64,000 nt of DNA from Arenimonas sp. (GCA_026398695.1 JAPLSJ010000032.1:11271-75270), one strand, 5' to 3'. Positions 29,045 through 39,628 are shown, counted from the stretch's first letter. Program-made: numbers and translations. The notes: generated by a model from the letters alone, not told the origin.

Positions 29045-31639
29045 TCAGTCGATCTGCGACAGCCGCCAGGTATTGCGGCCGGCCGCCTTGGCTTGGTAGA
29101 GCGCGGCATCGGCGGTGACCAGCAGCCGGTCGGCCGTCACCGAGCGCCGGCTGAAGGCGATGCCGACGCTGGCGGTCACGGCCAGCGCGGTGCCAGGCAG
29201 TTCGATCGGCTCGGCCATCATCGCGATCACCTTGGCGGCGATGCTCTCGGCGTCCCCGGGCCCCGCGGCACCCTCGGCCAGCAGTGCGAATTCGTCGCCA
29301 CCGATGCGCGCCGCCAGGTCACCCTCGCGCACGCAGGATTTCAGGCGCTGCGCGAAGACCCTCAGCACCTGGTCGCCGGCCTCGTGGCCGTGCGCGTCGT
29401 TGATCGGCTTGAACCGGTCGATGTCCAGGTAGAGCACCGCCAGCGGCGCGCCCTGGCGCCGGCAGCGGGCGATGGTGGCGGCCAGGCGCTCGTCGAAGTA
29501 GCGCCGGTTGGCCAGCCCGGTGAGCGAATCGAACCGGGCCATCTGCTCCAGGCGGCTCTCGGCGTCCTTGAGCTGGGTGATGTCGAAGGTGAATGCGAAG
29601 AAGCCGTTGCGCTGCCCGTCCGCCCCGAAGTCGGGCACGTAGCTGGTCTGGTAGGAGTAGCTGCGCCCGCCCAGGGTGGACTGGCCTTCGAAGGTGACCT
29701 GTTCGCCGCGCAGGGCGGCGGCAATGTGTTCCTTCACCTCGCTGTAGATGGCTTCGCCGCGGACCTCGCGCACCGTCTTGCCGATCGCGTCGTGGTCGGG
29801 CAGCCCGAACAGGCGGTGGCCGTGGGCGTTGAGGAAGCTGTAGCGCTCCTGGCTGTCGATGTGGGCGATCAGCGCCGGGATGTTGTCGGTGACGGCGCGC
29901 AGGCGGGCCTGGGCCGATTCCAGCGCCTGCTCGGCGCGCACCCGGGTGCTGACGTCGCGGCCGGCGAAGACGATCTCGACGCTGGCGTCGGGGCCGACGA
30001 TGCGACGTGCCAGCGCTTCCACCCAGACGTAGTGCCCCTGTGCGTGGCGGGCACGGTGCAGGATGGTGGTGGAACCCCCCTCGCCGGCCAGCCGTGCGAT
30101 GGCCTGCTTCATGGCCGGCAGGTCGTCGGGGTGCACCTGTTCCCAGGACTGCAGCAGCATCTGCGTGGGGTCGGTGCCCAGCATTTCCTGCGCCGACGGC
30201 GACACGTACAGCCGCGTCCCGTCCTCGCGCATGCGGATCACCAGGTCGCTGGCGTTGTCGGCCAGCGTGCGGTACTTGAGCTCCTTCTCACGCAGTTGCG
30301 CCAGCACGCGCTGCAGCTTGGCGTGGTTGCGCCGCTGCATCACGAAGAACGTCGCCAGGGTCAGCAGCGTGGCCGCGCCCAGCGCGATCAGCACCCGCCC
30401 CTGGCGGTTGGCGCTGGCCAGGGCGGCCTCGCGCTCCTGCGCCAGGGCCTGCTCGCCCTGCAGGCGGGTCAGCTCGTTCTCGCGCTCGGCGTACTTGAGC
30501 CGGGCGTCGAAATCGTCGGCCGCCTGCAGGCGCTCGTTCTGCGCGATGGCGTTGTCCAGCACCAGGTAGCGCTGGAACAGCGGCGCCAGGTCCGGGCCGC
30601 CCGGGTCGAAGCGCAGCAGCACCGTGACCAGTTCGCGCGTCACCCGCAGTTCGTCGCTCTGCAGCTCAAGCATGCGGAACGACTGCTGGGCCGCGCGCAG
30701 CTCGCGCGTGGCGGCGGCGCCGTCACGGGCGTCGGCCGCCGCCAGGCCCAGCACTTCATGGCCCAGTCCGGCCAGCTGGGAGTTGCGAAGCTGGCCGGCC
30801 ATCGCAAGCACGCGCTCGCCGTTGCTACGCTGGGTGGCCTGGTCGCCGACGATGCGCGCCACGCGCGCGCCCTCGAGATAGAGCTCGGCCTCGAGCTTGG
30901 GATCGTTGAGCTGCTGGGCGATGCGCGTGGCCTGCAGCAGCGACACGTTGGCCGCCTCGACCTGGTCGAGCTGCGCCTCGGCGCGGGCGCGGTTGCGCAA
31001 CAGCCGGGCGCGCATGGTGAGGCCTTCGTCCTCGCCCAGCACGGCCAGGCCGCGCTGGGCGTACTCGGCGGCCAGCGGATGCTTGCCCAGCGCGAAGCTC
31101 ATCGACGAATAGGCCAGCATCACGTCGGCCAGCAGTTCGGCCTGCGGGTCGGCCTTGAGCATCAGCTCCGCGTCGCCCAGCAGGCGCGAGCCGCGGGTGT
31201 AGTCCTGCATGGCCAGGCGCGCGCGGCTTTCGGCGATCAGGCCGCGCACGGCAAGGTGCGGCACGTTGGCCTCGACGGCCGCCGCCCTGGCATTGATGCC
31301 GGCCTCGCGCTGGCAGTCCCAGTCGGCCACCACCCGGCAGGCGTTGGCCTGGGCCAGGTACAGCAGCGCCACCAGCCGCTGGTCGCCCTCGAGCCGGGCA
31401 TTGATGATGGCGGTGGAAAGCTCGCGCAGCACCGACTCGGGCTCGATCAGCGCGCGCAATTCCAGCGGGTGGCGCTCGATGGTGTCGGCGCGCTCGGCGG
31501 CGGTGGCCGGCTTGGCCACGACCACCGGCTTTGCCTGGGCGGCCGGGGTCGCCATGGCAACGACCGGTGCCATCAGCAGGGAGACCAGGATCAGGGGGAT
31601 GGCCAGGCGTCTGGTGCAGTTGCCGCGGTTCACCTGCAT
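29045..31639 (-). CDS. Diguanylate cyclase: periplasmic TPR-like sensor, TM, two PAS, GGDEF
   Basis: DSLTGLANRR, DIDRFKPIND, REGD I-site, GGDEF; PAS motifs YVSPS, VHPDD and TDNIPALI; signal peptide and one TM. Confidence 0.9.
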   Translation of the reverse strand: MQVNRGNCTRRLAIPLILVSLLMAPVVAMATPAAQAKPVVVAKPATAAERADTIERHPLELRALIEPESVLRELSTAIINARLEGDQRLVALLYLAQANACRVVADWDCQREAGINARAAAVEANVPHLAVRGLIAESRARLAMQDYTRGSRLLGDAELMLKADPQAELLADVMLAYSSMSFALGKHPLAAEYAQRGLAVLGEDEGLTMRARLLRNRARAEAQLDQVEAANVSLLQATRIAQQLNDPKLEAELYLEGARVARIVGDQATQRSNGERVLAMAGQLRNSQLAGLGHEVLGLAAADARDGAAATRELRAAQQSFRMLELQSDELRVTRELVTVLLRFDPGGPDLAPLFQRYLVLDNAIAQNERLQAADDFDARLKYAERENELTRLQGEQALAQEREAALASANRQGRVLIALGAATLLTLATFFVMQRRNHAKLQRVLAQLREKELKYRTLADNASDLVIRMREDGTRLYVSPSAQEMLGTDPTQMLLQSWEQVHPDDLPAMKQAIARLAGEGGSTTILHRARHAQGHYVWVEALARRIVGPDASVEIVFAGRDVSTRVRAEQALESAQARLRAVTDNIPALIAHIDSQERYSFLNAHGHRLFGLPDHDAIGKTVREVRGEAIYSEVKEHIAAALRGEQVTFEGQSTLGGRSYSYQTSYVPDFGADGQRNGFFAFTFDITQLKDAESRLEQMARFDSLTGLANRRYFDERLAATIARCRRQGAPLAVLYLDIDRFKPINDAHGHEAGDQVLRVFAQRLKSCVREGDLAARIGGDEFALLAEGAAGPGDAESIAAKVIAMMAEPIELPGTALAVTASVGIAFSRRSVTADRLLVTADAALYQAKAAGRNTWRLSQID

Positions 31640-31855
31640 GCCTTGCCTGCACTCTCCGGGAAGTCCCACAGCCTACTCCCCGGCAAAGTCCCGCCACAAC
31701 AACGGCCTCGGGCACGCCCGCGCCCGCCCCAGGGCCCGCCTGGAGGGGCCGGGGGTGCGCGAAGGGTTTGCACCCGCATCGCGGTTGCCGTTTCATGAAC
31801 GAAAGGCCGCGGGATTAGAGCATGGCCCCAGCCCGACCCTGACACCCTTGCCTCG

Positions 31856-32437
31856 ATGAAAACGCTCCGCCGCACCTCCCCAAGGCCCTCCCACCGGCCC
31901 GAACGCACCGAGGTGATGCACCTGGCGGACGGGCGCGAGCTCTGGCTGCGTCCCGTGCACCCGGCCGATGCCGCGCCGATCGCCGGCGCCTTCGAGCTGC
32001 TGGGCGACGACGAGATCCGCAAGCGCTACCTGCACCCGGTGAAGGCCCTGAGCCTGGACTACCTGATGCAGCTGGTGAACATCGTGCCCGGCGAGTCCTT
32101 CGCCGTGGTGGCGGCCGAGCCGCTGCCGCCCGGCGAAGCCCTGGTGGGCGCGCTGGCCCGGCTTACCCGCGACCCGGGCAAGGACAGCGCGGAGTTCGCC
32201 ATCCTGGTCTCGCATTTCGTGTCCGGCCAGGGCCTGGGCAAGGCGCTGATGCGCCGCCTGATGGAATGGGCCCAGGCCCACGGCATCCGCCGCCTCTGGG
32301 GCGAGGTGATGGACGACAACACGGCCATGATCGAACTGGCCCTGTCGCTGGGCTTCCGGCGCGCCACCAGCCAGGAATCCCCGAACCTGCTTCACGTCAC
32401 GCTGGACCTCGAACCCGTGCGCGCCGCACGGCGTTGA
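31856..32437 (+). CDS. GNAT family acetyltransferase (Pat/acyl-CoA-synthetase-type GNAT domain, standalone)
   Basis: LADGRELWLRPVHPAD, AEFAILV, GQGLGKALM, NTAMIELA. Confidence 0.85.
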   Translation: MKTLRRTSPRPSHRPERTEVMHLADGRELWLRPVHPADAAPIAGAFELLGDDEIRKRYLHPVKALSLDYLMQLVNIVPGESFAVVAAEPLPPGEALVGALARLTRDPGKDSAEFAILVSHFVSGQGLGKALMRRLMEWAQAHGIRRLWGEVMDDNTAMIELALSLGFRRATSQESPNLLHVTLDLEPVRAARR

Positions 32438-32477
32438 CCCGACCGCGACCCCGGCCTGCGGTAAACTCCGCGGCCCC

Positions 32478-35400
32478 ATGACCCGTCCCCTCCTTCCCTC
32501 CGCGCCGTTGCCCAAGGCAGGCCAGCAGCGCGCCCTGTGGCGCGCGCCCGCCAGCGCCAGCGCGCTGGCGCTCGGTCTGGCCGAACTGGCCCGCGGCCGC
32601 GACGGCCTGGTGCTGGCCATCACCCGCGACAGCCACGCCGCGCAATCGCTCGAGCACGACCTCAAGGTGCTGGCCGGCGACCTGCCGGTGCTGCATTTCG
32701 CGGACTGGGAAACCCTGCCCTACGATCTGTTCAGCCCGCACCCGGACATCGTGTCCCAGCGCGTGGCGGCGCTGTACCGGCTGCCCACCGCGCGCAAGGG
32801 CCTGCTGGTGGTGCCGGTGGCGTCACTGATGCAGCGGCTGCCGCCGCCCAGCTGGATCGCCGGCAATACGCTCGACCTCACCCGCGGCCAGAAGCTCGAC
32901 ATGGACGCCGAGAAGCGTCGCCTGGAGGCCGCCGGCTACCGCAACGTGCCGCAGGTGCTCGACCCGGGCGACTTCGCCGTGCGCGGCGCCCTGCTCGACC
33001 TGTTCCCGATGGGCTCGGACCTGCCCTACCGCATCGAGCTGTTCGACGACGAGATCGACTCGCTGCGCACCTTCGACCCCGAGACGCAGCGGTCCGACCA
33101 CGCGGTGGAATCGGTGCGCCTGCTGCCGGCGCGCGAGTTCCCGCTGGACGCCGACAGCGCCCGGCGCGTGCGCGAAACGCTGCGCGAGCGCTTCGAGTTC
33201 GACCCGCGCCGCTGCCCGCTGTACCAGGACCTGAAGGAAGGCGGCGCGCCCGCCGGCATCGAGTACTACCTGCCGCTGTTCTTCGACCACACCGCGTCGC
33301 TGTTCGAACACCTCTCGGGCGACACCCTGGTGGTGGTGGGCGAAGGCGCGCCGGAAGCGGCCGAAGCCTTCTGGGCCCAGACCACGAACCGCTGGGAACA
33401 GCGCCGGCACGACATCGACCGGCCGATCCTGGCGCCCGAGGAAATCTTCCTGCGGCCCGAGCAGCTGCGCGCCACCTGGAACCAGGCGCTGCGCATCGAG
33501 GTCTGCGGCCCGGCGCACCCGCAGCGCGACAAGGCGCTGGCGATGGCCGAGCAGCCGGCGCCGTCGCTGGCCTGGAGCCAGAGGGGCGGCGATCCGGGCG
33601 CGGCGCTGCTGGGCTTCCTGCGCAGTTACCCGGGGCGGGTGCTGGTGGCGGCCGATTCCGCCGGCCGGCGCGAAGCACTGCTTGAACTGCTGGCCTCGGC
33701 CGACCTGCGGCCCGCGCAGGTCGCCGGCTGGGAGGCTTTCGTCGCCGGCGACGAGCGCTTCGCCATCACGGTCGCCGCCATCGAGGACGGCTTCGCGATC
33801 GACCAGCCCGCGCTCGCGGTCCTGACCGAACGGCAGCTCTTCCCCGACCGCGCCGAACAGAGCCGAAGGCGCAAGCGCGGCGCCGCCCGCGACCCCGACT
33901 CGGTGCTGCGCGACCTGAGCCAGATCACGATGGGCTCGCCGATCGTGCACGAAGACCACGGCGTGGGCCGCTACCAGGGCCTGGTGACGCTGGAGAGCGG
34001 CGGCGTCAGCGGCGAATACCTGCAGATCGAATACGCCAAGGGCGACAAGCTCTACGTGCCGGTGGCGCAGCTGCAGCTGGTGAGCCGCTACTCGGGCGCG
34101 TCGCCCGACCTCGCGCCGCTGCACTCCCTGGGCGGCGAGCAGTGGGACAAGGCCAAGCGCAAGGCCGCCGAGAAGGTGCGCGACGTCGCCGCCGAACTGC
34201 TCGAGATCCAGGCCCGCCGCCACGCCCGCGTCGGACTGGCGCTGCACGTGGACCGGGCGATGTACGAACCGTTCGCGGCCACGTTCCCGTTCGAGGAAAC
34301 GCCCGACCAGCTCAGCGCCATCGACGCGGTGATCGCCGACCTGGGCAAGCCCCAGCCGATGGACCGCGTGGTCTGCGGCGACGTCGGCTTCGGCAAGACC
34401 GAAGTCGCCGTACGCGCGGCCTTCGTCGCCGCCACCGCCGGCAAGCAGGTGGCCGTGCTGGTGCCCACCACCCTGCTGGCCGAACAGCACTACCGCAACT
34501 TCCGCGACCGCTACGCCGACTGGCCGCTGCGCGTGGAAGTGCTCAGCCGCTTCAAGTCGGCCAAGGAAATCAAGGCGGCGCTGGTGCAGCTGGAGGAAGG
34601 CAGGATCGACGTCATCGTCGGCACCCACCGCCTGCTGCAGGGTGACGTGAAGTTCAAGGACCTGGGCCTGGTGATCGTGGACGAGGAGCAGCGCTTCGGC
34701 GTGCGCCAGAAGGAAGCGCTGAAGGCCCTGCGCGCCGAAGTGCACCTGCTCACGCTCACCGCCACGCCGATCCCGCGCACGCTGAACATGGCCATGAGCG
34801 GCCTGCGCGAGCTGTCCATCATCGCCACGCCGCCGGCGCACCGCCTGGCGGTGCAGACGGTGATCACGCCCTGGGACCCGGTGCTGCTGAAGGAAGCCTT
34901 CCAGCGCGAGCTCGCCCGCGGCGGCCAGGTCTACTTCCTGCACAACGAAGTGGACACCATCGAGAAGATGGCCCGCGACCTGCAGGAGCTGGTGCCCGAG
35001 GCGCGCCTGCGCATCGCCCACGGCCAGATGCCCGAGCGTGAACTCGAACAGGCCATGCTCGACTTCCACCGCCAGCGCTTCAACGTGCTGGTGTGCACCA
35101 CCATCATCGAATCGGGCATCGACATCCCGAGCGCCAACACGATCATCATCCACCGCGCCGACCGCTTCGGCCTGGCCCAGCTGCACCAGCTGCGCGGCCG
35201 CGTGGGGCGCTCGCACCACCGCGCGTATGCCTACCTGGTGGTGCCCGACAAGAAGACGCTCACGCCCGACGCCGAGAAGCGGCTCGAGGCGCTGGCGTCG
35301 CTGGAGGAACTGGGCGCGGGCTTCACGCTGGCCACGCACGACCTGGAAATCCGCGGCGCCGGCGAGCTGCTGGGCGAGGACCAGAGCGGCCAGATGGCCG

Positions 35401-35933
35401 AGATCGGCTTCTCGCTCTACACCGAGCTGCTGGCCCGCGCGGTGGCTTCGATCAAGTCGGGCAAGCTGCCCGACTTCGACCCGGCCACGCGCCACGGCGC
35501 CGACGTGGAGCTGCACATCCCGGCCTTGATTCCCGAGGACTACCTGCCCGACGTGCATGCGCGCCTGACGCTTTACAAGCGCGTGGCCGGCGCCCGCGAC
35601 GACGACGCGCTCAAGGAGCTGCAGGTTGAAATGGTGGACCGCTTCGGCGTGCTGCCCGACCCGGCCAAGCAGCTGTTCGCCGTCGCCGAACTCAAGCTGG
35701 CGGCCACGGCCCTGGGCATCCGCAAGCTCGAGCTGGGCCCCACCGGCGGCCGCGTCACCTTCCTGCCGCAGCCGACGCTGGACCCGATGTCGGTGATCCG
35801 CCTGATCCAGTCCCAGTCGAAGGTTTATTCGATGGACGGGCCCGACAGGCTTCGCCTCCGGATGGAACTGCCCGACGCCGCGTCGCGCCTGCGCACCGCG
35901 CGCGGATTGCTCGCCCTGCTCGCCAAAGGCTGA
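32478..35933 (+). CDS. mfd: Transcription-repair coupling factor
   Basis: WETLPYD, VHEDHGVGRY, CGDVGFGKTEVA, DEEQRFG, QLRGRVGR and TRCF C-terminal domain. Confidence 0.97.
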   Translation: MTRPLLPSAPLPKAGQQRALWRAPASASALALGLAELARGRDGLVLAITRDSHAAQSLEHDLKVLAGDLPVLHFADWETLPYDLFSPHPDIVSQRVAALYRLPTARKGLLVVPVASLMQRLPPPSWIAGNTLDLTRGQKLDMDAEKRRLEAAGYRNVPQVLDPGDFAVRGALLDLFPMGSDLPYRIELFDDEIDSLRTFDPETQRSDHAVESVRLLPAREFPLDADSARRVRETLRERFEFDPRRCPLYQDLKEGGAPAGIEYYLPLFFDHTASLFEHLSGDTLVVVGEGAPEAAEAFWAQTTNRWEQRRHDIDRPILAPEEIFLRPEQLRATWNQALRIEVCGPAHPQRDKALAMAEQPAPSLAWSQRGGDPGAALLGFLRSYPGRVLVAADSAGRREALLELLASADLRPAQVAGWEAFVAGDERFAITVAAIEDGFAIDQPALAVLTERQLFPDRAEQSRRRKRGAARDPDSVLRDLSQITMGSPIVHEDHGVGRYQGLVTLESGGVSGEYLQIEYAKGDKLYVPVAQLQLVSRYSGASPDLAPLHSLGGEQWDKAKRKAAEKVRDVAAELLEIQARRHARVGLALHVDRAMYEPFAATFPFEETPDQLSAIDAVIADLGKPQPMDRVVCGDVGFGKTEVAVRAAFVAATAGKQVAVLVPTTLLAEQHYRNFRDRYADWPLRVEVLSRFKSAKEIKAALVQLEEGRIDVIVGTHRLLQGDVKFKDLGLVIVDEEQRFGVRQKEALKALRAEVHLLTLTATPIPRTLNMAMSGLRELSIIATPPAHRLAVQTVITPWDPVLLKEAFQRELARGGQVYFLHNEVDTIEKMARDLQELVPEARLRIAHGQMPERELEQAMLDFHRQRFNVLVCTTIIESGIDIPSANTIIIHRADRFGLAQLHQLRGRVGRSHHRAYAYLVVPDKKTLTPDAEKRLEALASLEELGAGFTLATHDLEIRGAGELLGEDQSGQMAEIGFSLYTELLARAVASIKSGKLPDFDPATRHGADVELHIPALIPEDYLPDVHARLTLYKRVAGARDDDALKELQVEMVDRFGVLPDPAKQLFAVAELKLAATALGIRKLELGPTGGRVTFLPQPTLDPMSVIRLIQSQSKVYSMDGPDRLRLRMELPDAASRLRTARGLLALLAKG

Positions 35934-35939
35934 TCCGAC

Positions 35940-36452
35940 ATGCTGACCTGGACCCTGCTGTTCGCACTGGCACTGCCCGCCGCGCCCGCGGCCACGCCGC
36001 CCGACGCCACCGTGGTGGTGGTGGTGCGCCACGCCGAGAAGGCCACCGACGATCCGCGCGATCCCTTGCTGACCCCGGCCGGCGAGGCGCGCGCGCAGTC
36101 GCTGGCACGCAGGCTGGCCGGCGCGGGCCTGGATGCGGCCTATGCCACCCAGTACCGGCGCACGCAGCTCAGCGCGGCGCCCGCCGCCGCGCAGGCCGGC
36201 GTGGCCGTCACGGTGCGGCCGGTGGATGCCGACAACGCGGCCACCTACGGCCCCGACCTCGCCCGCGACCTGCGCGCCCTGCCCGCGGGCAGCACGGCGC
36301 TGGTGGTGGGCCACAGCAACACCGTGCCCGCCATCGTGGCGGCGATCAGCGGCCAGGCCGCGGCGGAGATGCCGGAAACCGAGTACGACCGCTACACCGT
36401 GATCGTGCTCGATGCCGACGGCAAGGCGCGGGTCTTCGTTTCAACCTACTGA
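35940..36452 (+). CDS. Exported histidine phosphatase (phosphoglycerate mutase/SixA superfamily)
   Basis: Signal peptide, VRHAEK, LVVGHSNT. Confidence 0.85.
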   Translation: MLTWTLLFALALPAAPAATPPDATVVVVVRHAEKATDDPRDPLLTPAGEARAQSLARRLAGAGLDAAYATQYRRTQLSAAPAAAQAGVAVTVRPVDADNAATYGPDLARDLRALPAGSTALVVGHSNTVPAIVAAISGQAAAEMPETEYDRYTVIVLDADGKARVFVSTY

Positions 36453-36462
36453 GCGCAACGCC

Positions 36463-37326
36463 ATGACACAGTCGATCCCCCCGCGCGTACACGACCTGGG
36501 CGGCGGCTTCACCGTCAAGCGGCTGCTGCCGCACGCGAAGATGCGCAGCGTCGGGCCGTTCGTCTTCTTCGACCACATCGGCCCCGCCCTGCTCGACGGC
36601 GCGCATCCGCTGGAAGTCCGCCCGCACCCGCACATTGGCCTGGCCACGGTGACCTACCTGTGGGAGGGCGCGATCATGCACCGCGACAGCCTGGGCTCGC
36701 TGCAGGAAATCAACCCGGGCGACGTCAACTGGATGACCGCCGGCCGCGGCATCGCCCACTCCGAACGCACGCCGGAGCGCCTGCTGGGCAAGGCCCACCG
36801 CATGCACGGCCTGCAGACATGGGTGGCGCTTCCGCGCGAACATGAAGAGACGGCGCCGGCCTTCGTGCACCACCCCGCCGCCACCCTGCCGGTGGTGGAA
36901 CTGCCGGGCGCACGCATGACCATCGTCGCCGGCCACGCCTTCGGCGAGCGCGCGCCGGTGGCGGTACTGTCGGACACGCTCTACGTCTCGATCGACCTGC
37001 AGGCCGGCTGCGCCCTGCCCATCCCGGCCGAACACGCCGAGCGCGCGCTGTATCCGGTGGAGGGCGAACTCGAGCTCGACGGCGAAGCGCTGCCGCTGGA
37101 ACACCTGGCCGTGCTCGAGCCCGGCAGCGAGCCGCTGCTGCGCGCGCTCACCGACGCCCGCGTGATGCTGCTGGGCGGCGCGCCGCTCGACGGCCCGCGC
37201 CACGTGTGGTGGAACTTCGTTTCCAGCTCGCGCGAGCGCATCGAACAGGCCAAGGCCGACTGGCGCGAAGGCCGCTTCGGCCAGGTGCCGGGCGAAACCG
37301 AATCCATCCCCCTGCCCGAGCGCTGA
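36463..37326 (+). CDS. Pirin family protein
   Basis: GPFVFFDH, HPHIGLATVTY, WMTAGRGIAHSE, WWNFVSS. Confidence 0.92.
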   Translation: MTQSIPPRVHDLGGGFTVKRLLPHAKMRSVGPFVFFDHIGPALLDGAHPLEVRPHPHIGLATVTYLWEGAIMHRDSLGSLQEINPGDVNWMTAGRGIAHSERTPERLLGKAHRMHGLQTWVALPREHEETAPAFVHHPAATLPVVELPGARMTIVAGHAFGERAPVAVLSDTLYVSIDLQAGCALPIPAEHAERALYPVEGELELDGEALPLEHLAVLEPGSEPLLRALTDARVMLLGGAPLDGPRHVWWNFVSSSRERIEQAKADWREGRFGQVPGETESIPLPER

Positions 37327-37424
37327 CCCCTTCCACGGCGCGCCCCGCGGGTGCATAAAGGGCGGGTCGCCGACCGGCGGCCGGCCTGCGCCGCAGGTCG
37401 CTCATGATTCCGGGGAGGGACCAC

Positions 37425-38132
37425 ATGACGATGTCAAAACGACTGGGCGCCGAATTCTTCGGCACGTTCTGGCTGGTGCTGGGCGGCTGCGGCAGCGCGG
37501 TGCTGGCGGCAAACTTCGGCGGCGACGGCAACCCGCTCGGCATCGGCCTGGTGGGCGTGTCGCTCGCCTTCGGCCTCACCGTGCTGACCATGGCCTACGC
37601 CGTGGGCCACATCTCGGGCGGCCACTTCAATCCGGCCGTCAGCTTCGGGCTCTGGGCCGCCGGCAGGTTCGACGCCAAGGACCTCGTGCCCTACGTCGCG
37701 GTGCAGGTGCTGGGCGGCCTGCTGGCGGGCTTCGTGCTGTTCCAGGTGGCCTCGGGTACGCCGGCCTTCATCGCGGGCGGCTTCGCCAGCAACGGCTTCG
37801 GCGAACTCTCGCCCGGCGGCTATTCCATGCATGCGGCGCTGATCACCGAAGTGGTGATGACGTTCTTCTTCCTGATGGTGATCATCGGCGCCACCAGCAA
37901 GCGTGCGCCGGCCGGCTTTGCGCCGATCGCCATCGGCCTGTGCCTGACGCTGATCCACCTGGTCAGCATCCCGGTCACCAACACCTCGGTGAACCCGGCG
38001 CGCTCCACCGGCGTGGCCCTGTTCGCCGACACGGCCGCCACGTCGCAGCTGTGGCTGTTCTGGCTGGCGCCGATCGTCGGCGCGATCGCCGCGGGCTTCG
38101 TCGCGCGCTGGCTGCAGTCCGACAAGGACTGA
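37425..38132 (+). CDS. aqpZ: Aquaporin Z
   Basis: [18 protein letters not shown] and two NPA motifs (HFNPAVS, SVNPARS); GGGAGG RBS. Confidence 0.95.
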   Translation: MTMSKRLGAEFFGTFWLVLGGCGSAVLAANFGGDGNPLGIGLVGVSLAFGLTVLTMAYAVGHISGGHFNPAVSFGLWAAGRFDAKDLVPYVAVQVLGGLLAGFVLFQVASGTPAFIAGGFASNGFGELSPGGYSMHAALITEVVMTFFFLMVIIGATSKRAPAGFAPIAIGLCLTLIHLVSIPVTNTSVNPARSTGVALFADTAATSQLWLFWLAPIVGAIAAGFVARWLQSDKD

Positions 38133-38157
38133 AGCGCGGCGCATCGGGTGGAACGGC

Positions 38158-38177
38158 AGGCCGGGGAAACCCGGCCT
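38158..38177. terminator. Hairpin between convergent aqpZ and OsmC-family genes
   Basis: AGGCCGGG-GAAA-CCCGGCCT. Confidence 0.6.
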
Positions 38178-38184
38178 TCCTGCG

Positions 38185-38586
38185 TCAGGCCAGCGCGGTG
38201 GGCACTTCGACCGTGCCGGTCAGGATGCGGTGTACCGGGCAGGCGTTGGCGATCTGCAGCAGCCGCGCGCGCTGTTCCTCGTCCAGCGGGCCGCGCAGGT
38301 GCACGGTGCGGCGCAGGACGTTTTTCTCCTTGCTGCGCTCGGCGTACTGCACGTCCACGTCCACGCCCTCCAGCGGCCACTGCTTGCGCTCGGCGTACAT
38401 GCGCAGGGTGATGGCGGTGCACGCCGCCAGTGCGCTGAGCAGTATCTCGTCGGGCGCCGGGCCGGTGTCGCCGCCGCCGAGGTCCACCGGCTCGTCCGCC
38501 ACCGCGTGGTGCGTTCCGACCACCAGCTGCGTGGCGTAGGGGGCATAGGTGCTGCCGATGCGGGCGGTGGCGCTGCGTGCGGACAT
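38185..38586 (-). CDS. OsmC/YhfA family protein
   Basis: ADEPVDLGGGDTGPAP, LAACTAIT, ACPVHR; AGGAGA RBS. Confidence 0.9.
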   Translation of the reverse strand: MSARSATARIGSTYAPYATQLVVGTHHAVADEPVDLGGGDTGPAPDEILLSALAACTAITLRMYAERKQWPLEGVDVDVQYAERSKEKNVLRRTVHLRGPLDEEQRARLLQIANACPVHRILTGTVEVPTALA

Positions 38587-38615
38587 GGGGTTCTCCTGCG
38601 GACGGGATGGCGCGG

Positions 38616-39461
38616 TCAGAAGCGGCCGGCCTGGAAATCTTCGAAGGCCTGGCGGATCTCGGCCTGCGTGTTCATCACGAACGGACCATAGCGCGCGACG
38701 GGCTCGCGCAGCGGCCGGCCGGCGACCAGGATCAGCCGCGTGCCGTCCCCGAGCCCCTGCACCGCGACGCGATCGCCAGGGCCGAACACCAGCAGCTCGC
38801 CCTTGGCGCCCTCGGCCGCGGCCTCGCCGTCGCCGAATCGCGCCGCGCCTTCGTAGACGTAGGCGAACGCCGAGTGCCCCGCCGGCAGCGCCTGCTCGAA
38901 GCGAGCACCCCGCTGCAGCGTCATGTCGAGGTAGGTGGGGTCGGTGGCGGGCTGCGCGATGGCGCCGGTGACGCCGGCCACTTCGCCGGCGATCACCTTC
39001 ACCCTCGCGCCGGGCGACACCTCGGTCTCCGGGAAACGCTCGGGGCCGTATTCCTGGTAGCGCGGCGCGGTCATCTTCTCGCTGGCGGGCAGGTTCACCC
39101 ACAGCTGGAAGCCGCGCATGCGGCCCTGTTCCTGCTCGGGCATTTCCGAATGCACGATGCCGCGGCCGGCGGTCATCCACTGCACGCTGCCGGGCACCAG
39201 CACGCCCTCGTTGCCGTGGTTGTCCTTGTGGCGCATGCGCCCGTCGAGCATGTAGGTCACCGTCTCGAATCCCCGGTGCGGATGCGAGGGGAAACCGGCC
39301 AGGTAGTCCTCGGGCCGGTCGGTGCCGAACTCGTCGAGCATCAGGAACGGGTCGAGGTCGGGCAGCTGGGGCGTGCCGATGACGCGCACCAGCTTCACGC
39401 CGGCGCCGTCGGAGGCGGGCATGCCGCGCAGCTTGCGGATCACGGGGCGCAGGGTGGTCAT
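38616..39461 (-). CDS. Pirin family protein
   Basis: DPFLMLDEF, HPHRGFETVTY, WMTAGRGIVHSE, GPFVMNT. Confidence 0.93.
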   Translation of the reverse strand: MTTLRPVIRKLRGMPASDGAGVKLVRVIGTPQLPDLDPFLMLDEFGTDRPEDYLAGFPSHPHRGFETVTYMLDGRMRHKDNHGNEGVLVPGSVQWMTAGRGIVHSEMPEQEQGRMRGFQLWVNLPASEKMTAPRYQEYGPERFPETEVSPGARVKVIAGEVAGVTGAIAQPATDPTYLDMTLQRGARFEQALPAGHSAFAYVYEGAARFGDGEAAAEGAKGELLVFGPGDRVAVQGLGDGTRLILVAGRPLREPVARYGPFVMNTQAEIRQAFEDFQAGRF

Positions 39462-39628
39462 CGGGGGCTCCGGGCAGGAAGGTCTGGCCTCAATCTATGG
39501 CCGGCGGGGCCCTTCCACAGCCCCCGTCACGCAACGCAGGGTTGCATGCCTTCCCGGTCCGCGGGCCGCCGGCGTCCTGACCGGCGTCCATACCGCGTTG
39601 AACCCTGTAGTCCCCCCAGACCGAAACC

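Noticed and set aside
31670-31855. Possible c-di-GMP riboswitch upstream of the GGDEF gene (GCAAACCC on the minus strand)
   Set aside because: The GNRA loop, the downstream GCAAAG element and the second stem are missing; it is only a short hairpin.
32823-36314. Very long antisense and alternate-frame ORFs (1163 aa here; also 2825-5194, 10929-13127, 29009-31798, 42166-44526, 61185-63353)
   Set aside because: They are shadows of real genes caused by high GC3 and scarce stop codons; the translations carry no recognisable motifs.
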